DNA from: Lysobacteraceae bacterium
Lineage (GTDB): Bacteria > Bdellovibrionota > UBA1018 > JAGTJX01
NCBI GenBank assembly: GCA_023657465.1
Contig: JAGTJX010000001.1
Span: forward strand, 109,090 to 173,089
Direction of reading: 5' to 3'
DNA length: 64,000 nt
Both the position numbers and the translations under genes were made by a program. Below, piece after piece: positions 57,774 to 64,000 of the stretch (the first letter of the stretch is position 1; every line of letters begins with the position of its first letter). The notes beneath the pieces were generated by a model. That model saw only the letters and a list, made by a program, of their open reading frames with translations, was not told the origin of the DNA and did not search any database.

Positions 57774-58792
57774 TCATTGAGGTCAATGATCTCAAGCGTA
57801 GTTTCAAATCGGTGAAAAAAACAGAGGGGTTCAAAGCCGCTCTGAACTTACTCATTAAACCAGAATACGTAGAGCATCATGCCTTAAAGGGAGTTTCATT
57901 TTCGATTGAAGAGGGCGCTTTTATTGGACTCATCGGAGCCAATGGAGCAGGCAAGACGACGCTACTGAAGATCCTCTCAGGACTGATTCCACCGACATCG
58001 GGGACTGCTCGAGTAATGGGTATTGAACCCTTCTCTAGAACGATTGAATTCAGAAAGTCGATCTCTCTTGTCATGGGTCAGAAGGCTCAGCTCTGGTGGG
58101 ATCTTCCAGCCGTCGATGCGTTTGAGTTAATCAAGTCCATTTATCAAATTCCGAAAACAGTATACAGCGAGAGACTCGAACAACTGACTGAGCTGCTTGA
58201 TGTGAAAAAGCTACTCAACACCCAGATCAGAAGACTGAGCCTGGGTGAGCGCATGAAAATGGAATTAATCGGCGCGATCCTCCACTGGCCTAAGGTCATC
58301 TTCTTAGATGAGCCCACTATTGGTCTCGATGTCCTAGCCGCAGCCAAGCTTCGTGACTTTCTCAAAATTCATAACCAAAAAGAGAAGTCGACCATCATTC
58401 TCACGTCTCACAACATGGACGATATCGAGAGACTCTGTTCGCGAGTCATCATTCTGAAGTCTGGAGAAATCATCTACGACGGAAACCCTATGGGACTCAG
58501 TGAACAAAGCGAGAAGCAACTCCGAGTTAGACTTGCAATTCCACTCACTCAATCCGAACTCTCAAAGCTCACTGGAATCAGTGAAGACCAAATCGAAGTA
58601 GGTGGCGAGACCCAGTCAGGTGATGAAGGCGGAGAAGTCTCTTCCGATCCAAACTCTGTGATCTTTAGTCTTAAACAAGAATCTGTAATACCCACTCTCC
58701 AGATCCTCATGGAAAAAAACCAAGTCATCGATGTTGGCATCGAAGGACAGAGTCTAGAGAAAGTCATCAAGCGAGTCTATGAGTCACACTGA
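57770..58792 (+). CDS. ABC transporter ATP-binding protein
   Basis: GANGAGKTT, LSLGERMK, IFLDEPTIGLD. Confidence 0.88.
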   Translation: MIIEVNDLKRSFKSVKKTEGFKAALNLLIKPEYVEHHALKGVSFSIEEGAFIGLIGANGAGKTTLLKILSGLIPPTSGTARVMGIEPFSRTIEFRKSISLVMGQKAQLWWDLPAVDAFELIKSIYQIPKTVYSERLEQLTELLDVKKLLNTQIRRLSLGERMKMELIGAILHWPKVIFLDEPTIGLDVLAAAKLRDFLKIHNQKEKSTIILTSHNMDDIERLCSRVIILKSGEIIYDGNPMGLSEQSEKQLRVRLAIPLTQSELSKLTGISEDQIEVGGETQSGDEGGEVSSDPNSVIFSLKQESVIPTLQILMEKNQVIDVGIEGQSLEKVIKRVYESH

Positions 58793-59585
58793 CTTACCTA
58801 GGCACTGGAGATCAGCTGCCATCATCAATGGCTTCAAAGACACATTCGCCTACAAAAGCGAATTTGTTCTCGAGTTCTTCGCAAGCGCGATTGTTCCAGC
58901 CGCCATCCAATTACTTCTTTGGTATGCACTCTTTAAGAATGGCAACAAACCCGACATTGCAGGCCAATCCTACGCAGACCTCATTGCCTATACCTGGGTG
59001 AGCATCTTGTTCTCTCAAGTCAGGGGCGGGAATTATGACTTCGACCTCGCTGAGATGATCCGAAACGGAACTCTTTCTCAGTATCTTCTGAGACCCGTAG
59101 GCGCAGTTGAATTCGTTTATTTCAGAGGACTCTCCTATAAACTTTTAATTGCGAGTATGTGCCTGTGCATTGGGATCATCGCCTCCGCGTTTACATCGAT
59201 CACGATTGTGAGAATGTTTGGAGCCATGTTCTTAGCTTTTCTAGGAAACATCATCGCCTATCAATTAGGAGCAGCGCTTGCTGCTACTGCTTTCAAATGG
59301 GAAGAGGCTTACTCAGTTCTCATGGTGAAGAACTTAGTGGTGCAATTCCTCTCAGGTGAACTCGTCCCCCTCTACTTCTTCCCCGAGAACTATTCTTGGA
59401 TCTGGAAAATCTTCCCTTTCCATCTCTATGTCTATGGCCCTACTCAATATGCACTTGGGAAAATGTCCCACGAAGAGTTCTTCATGAACTGCACTCAAGG
59501 CATTGGATGGGTGCTCTTCTGCTGGTTCTTAGTTCACTTCACTTGGAGCAGAGGCATTAAAAACTATGCCTCAATCGGTGGCTAG
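58779..59585 (+). CDS. ABC-2 family permease (DUF990/ABC2_membrane_6-like)
   Basis: Six hydrophobic segments; overlaps both neighbours. Confidence 0.65.
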   Translation: MSHTDLPRHWRSAAIINGFKDTFAYKSEFVLEFFASAIVPAAIQLLLWYALFKNGNKPDIAGQSYADLIAYTWVSILFSQVRGGNYDFDLAEMIRNGTLSQYLLRPVGAVEFVYFRGLSYKLLIASMCLCIGIIASAFTSITIVRMFGAMFLAFLGNIIAYQLGAALAATAFKWEEAYSVLMVKNLVVQFLSGELVPLYFFPENYSWIWKIFPFHLYVYGPTQYALGKMSHEEFFMNCTQGIGWVLFCWFLVHFTWSRGIKNYASIGG

Positions 59586-60381
59586 AATTATGGAATTCAA
59601 ACAATACTTCAATATCTTTATGGTTCAGGTGAAGAACAACTGGGTGAGGGAAGCAGTTTATAGAACAAACTTCATCACTAGCTTCATCGTAGATCTGATT
59701 TGGATAGTGATCGAAGCCTCTCTTTTTAGTGTGATCTATGCTCATACCGACAACTTAGGTGGATGGACGATTCATCAAGTTTACTTCTTCTTAGGGATTT
59801 TCTTCGCTTCGGATGCACTCTTCTCAATTTTCTTCATGCGTAACTTCTGGATGTTTAGTGATCTCATCAACAAAGGCGAGCTCGACATCATGCTCACCAA
59901 ACCAGTAGGCGCGCTCTTTCTTGCTCTGACTCGCTGGATGAGCCTGACCAATGTATTGAATCTAGCCATGGGAATTGGCGTCTGTATTCACTATGCAGAT
60001 GCGGCGGGATTCAAGGGCGGATGGCATTGGGTAGAACTTACTGCATGGTTAGGAGTGGGACTTCTTACTCAATCACTCGTAAGGTTTGCGTTTGTGATTT
60101 GGACTTTTTGGACCGAGCGTGGCTGGGCATTGTCTCGCCTCTACTATCAATTCTTTTCAATCGCTACGAAGCCCGACGTGATCTATCCCGCGATCGTTAG
60201 ATACACGCTCATGACTTTTCTTCCATTTGCTTTTGTTGCAAGCGTTCCTGCTCGCGCACTCATTCTGGGATTAGAGATGAAGGAGTACGCAGGCATCGCT
60301 ACTGTGCTTTTAGGTTTCTTACTTTTTAATCGCTGGGCTTGGAAGAGCGGACTGAAGAGATATCAAAGCGCAAGCTCTTGA
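59566..60381 (+). CDS. ABC-2 family permease (second subunit)
   Basis: Six hydrophobic segments; similar size and topology to the preceding gene. Confidence 0.65.
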   Translation: MPQSVARIMEFKQYFNIFMVQVKNNWVREAVYRTNFITSFIVDLIWIVIEASLFSVIYAHTDNLGGWTIHQVYFFLGIFFASDALFSIFFMRNFWMFSDLINKGELDIMLTKPVGALFLALTRWMSLTNVLNLAMGIGVCIHYADAAGFKGGWHWVELTAWLGVGLLTQSLVRFAFVIWTFWTERGWALSRLYYQFFSIATKPDVIYPAIVRYTLMTFLPFAFVASVPARALILGLEMKEYAGIATVLLGFLLFNRWAWKSGLKRYQSASS

Positions 60382-60389
60382 TTCTTGAA

Positions 60390-60407
60390 CGGTCGCCACG
60401 GCGACCG
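60390..60407. repeat. 18-bp palindrome, copy 1 (CGGTCGCC-AC-GGCGACCG)
   Basis: Perfect 8-bp arms, 8 nt after the ABC permease stop. Confidence 0.9.
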
Positions 60408-60593
60408 CATTTCATACCGATCGCCTGAACGCTCTCATAAATATATTCTGAATACACGTACTGACTGACTTCACGAACCAAGATGGTGAGAGTGAAGACA
60501 TGATGTCGGGTAGGAAGTACGTGTAATAAGAATGTCCTTGCGCAAATGTTCTGACACTCGATATGATTCCTTTGATCAAGGAGGATCCATAAA

Positions 60594-61667
60594 ATGTCTA
60601 TATTCAGTGAAATGTATTTCACTCCAGATGAGTTTTCAAGAATTGCAAAGGTCGAAAAATCTTTTATTTCTGCACTTGAAAATCGCGGAGTACTACAAAC
60701 TACAAAAAAAAGAGTAGGGAATGTTGATCGTAAAATGATCACCCTCGAGGGCATGCAAAATTATTTTAGAAACTTGCGTGCTTCTGACTCGGTTGCCGCG
60801 GCGACCGAAATGTTAATGAACGGCACTGGCGCTGTATCAGCAGGACCGCAAATTCCAATCGAAGCGGTCGCTATGGCGACCGAATTGGCTGTCAAAAAAC
60901 CGACGCTCAAGAAGCAAATGTTTTACAACGTTAAAGGGGGAACAGGTAAATCCACCCTGACCGCTCAATACGTGATGCGTTCTGCGATGATGGGTTACAA
61001 AATTCTAGCTATCGATCTTGATGGCCAAGGTCACTTGACCGTTAACTTGGATGTCTTAGATGGTCACGAAAGACCCACTATCTATGATGTTCTAATCAAC
61101 GATCTACCGATTGAGCAAGCCATCACTGAAGTTGCACCGGGGCTTGATCTCATTCCAGCCAACCTCCAACTCTGTAACATTGAGATTCCTCTCAACAGTA
61201 AACCTCGTCGTGAATATCGATTGGGTGAAGCCATTGAGAAAATTGCCGACCAATATGATTTGATCGTAGCCGACACAAACCCTGCAGCTTCAATTCTTAA
61301 CGGATCAATGCTGGTAACTGCCGACTTAGTGAATGTGATCTGCGCAACGAATCCACTATCATTCCATGGAATGTCATTAGTGATGGCAACCATCGAAAAC
61401 ATGGAGCGTGAGTTCAGAAAGAAACTCAACGTCAAAATCATACCGAACATGTACGACGCACGAGAAGTCATCTCTCAAGAAGTTTTGGGTGAACTCAGAT
61501 CTCAGTTCTCTACTTGGTGCGCAAAGTCTGTGGTAAATCGGACTGCAGATTTGAATGAAGCCACCAAAAGAAGAACAACGGTCTGGAATGTGAGCTCAAA
61601 AGGAACTGCAGCTCAAGATCTCTCACAGATGACAGAAGAACTTCTGTTCACACAACCCCAAGTATAA
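60594..61667 (+). CDS. parA: ParA-family partition ATPase with a ~105-aa N-terminal extension (plasmid type Ia-like)
   Basis: Deviant Walker A NVKGGTGKSTL at residue ~113; ILAIDLDGQGH; VADTNP. The N-terminal extension contains an HTH-like segment FTPDEFSRIAKVEKSFISALENRGVL. Strong SD AAGGAGGA. Confidence 0.8.
   Translation: MSIFSEMYFTPDEFSRIAKVEKSFISALENRGVLQTTKKRVGNVDRKMITLEGMQNYFRNLRASDSVAAATEMLMNGTGAVSAGPQIPIEAVAMATELAVKKPTLKKQMFYNVKGGTGKSTLTAQYVMRSAMMGYKILAIDLDGQGHLTVNLDVLDGHERPTIYDVLINDLPIEQAITEVAPGLDLIPANLQLCNIEIPLNSKPRREYRLGEAIEKIADQYDLIVADTNPAASILNGSMLVTADLVNVICATNPLSFHGMSLVMATIENMEREFRKKLNVKIIPNMYDAREVISQEVLGELRSQFSTWCAKSVVNRTADLNEATKRRTTVWNVSSKGTAAQDLSQMTEELLFTQPQV
60790..60807. 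repeat. 18-bp palindrome, copy 2 (CGGTTGCC-GC-GGCGACCG)
   Basis: Inside the parA N-terminal extension, exactly 400 bp from copy 1. Confidence 0.9.
60865..60882. repeat. 18-bp palindrome, copy 3 (CGGTCGCT-AT-GGCGACCG)
   Basis: Inside the parA N-terminal extension, 75 bp from copy 2. Confidence 0.9.
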
Positions 61668-61681
61668 CTCAGGAGAAAATC

Positions 61682-62578
61682 ATGGAAGAAAATAACAACA
61701 AAGATGACAAAATCAAAACCCGTCAAGGCAGTGGCTATTTAAAACAACTCTACTCTACAGCAAGAGTGACTGCAGGCAGCACTCACACCAATCTGAAGAA
61801 CCTCACGACTTTCTTAGTTAACCTCGTACCGGTTGATAAGGTCGACGCTTCAGAACTTCAAGTCAGAACACACTTCGACGACGCTGAAGTGCAAGCATTA
61901 GCTCATTCGATCAAACTTCACGGTGTATTGCAGCCAATCTTGGTAGTTCAAGACGGTGATAGATACAAAGTTATCGCGGGTGAACGACGTCTCAGAGCTT
62001 CGAAGCTTGCAGGAATGGAAAGAATTCCAGCTCGCGTAATGAATACGGATGACAAAGCCACACACGAGATCGCTCTGAGAGAGAATCTAGACCGAGTAGA
62101 TTTACACCCTGTTGAAGAAGGCGAAGCATATGTTTCACTTCTGAAAGCCGGTGCGTACGCAAGCTACGATGCAATTGCTCAAGGTTTTGGTAAACCAAAA
62201 TCACGCGTGACCGAATGTATTGGTTTTACCAAGCTACCATCGCTCACTAAAGAAGAACTCTTAAGAACGGGACTGAAGAACAGATCGCTCTTAAGGAATC
62301 TCCTCAATGTAGAGCCAGACAAGCACATCGATATGATTCGCGAGGCGGTAGGAAATGATGAAGTATTGGCAAAGGCGAATATTTCTGTAGATTCCGATAA
62401 TTCAGTTCTGAAAACAGCAAAAGAGAAAAAAGAAAAACCTGTATTCAACTTTCAGATCGACGAAAAAGGTTTTTCAATTCCTTCCTTCAGATGGAAAATC
62501 GGTGAAGGAAAAGAAAAAATGATTGCATTCCGTGATGCTATGTTGAATTTGTTATCCGAAACCGAAAAGAAGTTTTAG
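61682..62578 (+). CDS. parB: ParB/Spo0J-family protein
   Basis: ParB N-domain LQPILVV..YKVIAGERRLRASKLAG and an HTH region YDAIAQGFGKPKSRVTECI. Confidence 0.8.
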   Translation: MEENNNKDDKIKTRQGSGYLKQLYSTARVTAGSTHTNLKNLTTFLVNLVPVDKVDASELQVRTHFDDAEVQALAHSIKLHGVLQPILVVQDGDRYKVIAGERRLRASKLAGMERIPARVMNTDDKATHEIALRENLDRVDLHPVEEGEAYVSLLKAGAYASYDAIAQGFGKPKSRVTECIGFTKLPSLTKEELLRTGLKNRSLLRNLLNVEPDKHIDMIREAVGNDEVLAKANISVDSDNSVLKTAKEKKEKPVFNFQIDEKGFSIPSFRWKIGEGKEKMIAFRDAMLNLLSETEKKF

Positions 62579-63237
62579 TTCACACCAGTTAATAGACGAT
62601 CGAAACGGATTTGTGGGAAAAAACTCACTCCATCCGTTTCGGTCTTCGGTGTTACAGAAAGCCAAATAAAAAGAGCTTTCGCTTTAATTGCAGTCATAGG
62701 TATCAGCTCTCCTACTTTTTTACGAATAGAAGCTTGTGTCCGATAGTCCGCCAATACATATACATATTTTTCTGGAACCTTAACTGTTGCCACCTCGGGC
62801 GGAAGAGGAGAATCTAAGCAAATATTGAAGCCAAATTTAGGATGTAGCTCATGCCCACAAGAGGGGCTTTTACCTGGTTCAAACTTTGGCTCTGTCTTAT
62901 TAAAAACCAAATGACCTTTTCTTAATTCAATTTCATCACCAGGAAGACCAACAACGCGCTTAATGAGATTATCTCTCTCAGCACTCGACTCATAGATCAC
63001 CACATCACCGTATTCTGGCTCAGCTCCATGAAAAAAGTACTCTCTACTAAAAGGAATCTTCACTCCATACGAAATCTTGGATGCAAAAATATAATCACCC
63101 GGAAGGAGACTTGGTCTCATTACTGAAGTGGGGACTTTAAATGCTTCAACTAAAAACACTCGGATGATTACTGCTAGAACAATAGAGATCCCGATTGCAG
63201 CGCCATATTCAGCGATGAGAGATCTTGAAAGCTTCAC
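62575..63237 (-). CDS. lepB: Signal peptidase I
   Basis: SVMRPSLLPGD (catalytic Ser box) and IKRVVGLPGD (Lys box). Confidence 0.9.
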   Translation of the reverse strand: MKLSRSLIAEYGAAIGISIVLAVIIRVFLVEAFKVPTSVMRPSLLPGDYIFASKISYGVKIPFSREYFFHGAEPEYGDVVIYESSAERDNLIKRVVGLPGDEIELRKGHLVFNKTEPKFEPGKSPSCGHELHPKFGFNICLDSPLPPEVATVKVPEKYVYVLADYRTQASIRKKVGELIPMTAIKAKALFIWLSVTPKTETDGVSFFPQIRFDRLLTGVN

Positions 63238-63240
63238 TCG

Positions 63241-64000
63241 CTAGTCCACCTTAAGCACAGCTAAGAAAGCCTCTTGAGGAATTTCGACCGCACCTACGTT
63301 CTTCATCCTCTTCTTACCTTCTTTTTGTTTCTCTAATAGTTTTCTCTTACGTGAAATATCTCCACCATAACACTTCGCCGTAACGTTCTTGCGATAAGCA
63401 GAGATCGTTTCGCGCGCGACAATTTTAGCTCCAATTGCTGCTTGAATGGCGATTTCAAACATTTGACGTTCAATGAGTTCTTTTAGTTTTTTAGTCAGAT
63501 CACGTCCGCGAGCAAACGCTTTCTCTCTATGAACAATGATAGAAAAAGCATCGCACACTTCTCCGTTGATCATGATGTCTAACTTCACAAGATCTGATGC
63601 TCTGTAATCTGAAAGTTGATAATCCATTGAAGCATATCCACGGGTCATGCTTTTGAGTTTGTCATAAAAATCAAAAACCATTTCACTCAGTGGAAGTTGG
63701 TAATGAAGGGTCACTCGCTCTTTGGTCACGTAATCCATCTTCTCTTGAATGCCTCTGCGATCGTTGAGGAGTCCCATTACCGCTCCTGTATATTCTGCCG
63801 GCATATGTACCACCAACTTGATGTATGGCTCTTCAATTTTTTCGATTTTTGTTAGATCAGGAAGTTTTGAAGGATTGTCGACCTGTACCTCAGCACCATC
63901 TGTAAGTGCCACTTTGAAAACACAAGAAGGTGCAGTGGTAATGAGATTGAGATTGTATTCACGTTCAAGTCTCTCTTGAACAACATCCATATGAAGGAGG
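63241..64000 (-). CDS. lepA: Translation elongation factor 4 (LepA), C-terminal part; 5' end beyond the window
   Basis: ..[25 protein letters not shown].. and the C-terminal LepA_C pattern ending [10 protein letters not shown]. The frame stays open to nt 64000. Confidence 0.93.
   Translation of the reverse strand, partial: LLHMDVVQERLEREYNLNLITTAPSCVFKVALTDGAEVQVDNPSKLPDLTKIEKIEEPYIKLVVHMPAEYTGAVMGLLNDRRGIQEKMDYVTKERVTLHYQLPLSEMVFDFYDKLKSMTRGYASMDYQLSDYRASDLVKLDIMINGEVCDAFSIIVHREKAFARGRDLTKKLKELIERQMFEIAIQAAIGAKIVARETISAYRKNVTAKCYGGDISRKRKLLEKQKEGKKRMKNVGAVEIPQEAFLAVLKVD

Noticed and set aside
60326-60754. A 142-aa minus-strand ORF spanning the ABC permease stop, the intergenic region and the parA start.
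   Set aside because: It is antisense to two well-supported genes, has no SD, and its translation is low-complexity. It is probably an artefact of the palindromic, GC-rich segments.

Overview
This is a 64-kb chromosomal window from a Gram-negative bacterium with moderate GC. It is gene-dense on both strands, with many lipoproteins, secreted hypotheticals and overlapping gene ends. The gene content loosely resembles Bdellovibrio-like predatory bacteria, but that is a guess I cannot test here. All functional calls come from motifs read in the supplied translations; I ran no database search.

Most of the window is housekeeping:
- a 5'-truncated nucleoside phosphorylase
- prs-pth-ychF
- an Slt-type lytic transglycosylase
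- an 8-gene TPR-lipoprotein/lipoprotein/Opp-type peptide ABC operon
- phaR, hslO, groES-groEL
- an adenine deaminase + xdhABC purine catabolism cluster
- a long-form hutU and an NT5C2-like 5'-nucleotidase
- rsgA, pyrD, tkt, cysQ
- a ferritin-like gene coupled to an ABC-2 exporter
- lepB and a 5'-truncated lepA

Four tRNA genes are present: Asn-GUU, Leu-UAG, Phe-GAA and Arg-UCU, all with encoded CCA.

Accessory or unusual content:
1. An orphan plasmid-type ParA/ParB pair with three copies of an 18-bp palindrome, a candidate non-canonical centromere.
2. Two secreted, possibly CsgG-like paralogues, one fused to a subtilase domain that lacks its serine block.
3. A 1.4-kb islet at tRNA-Phe, bounded by a decayed repeat of the tRNA 3' end. 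It carries a toxin-first TA pair and a gene with an in-frame TAG.
4. A second toxin-first TA pair next to tRNA-Leu, with an 11-bp-arm operator palindrome.
5. An A10 tract separating a signal-peptide/SH3b ORF from a signal-less beta-barrel ORF.
6. A 15-codon poly-lysine micro-ORF with its own Shine-Dalgarno (SD) sequence and terminator.

I saw no rRNA, CRISPR array, transposase or integrase.
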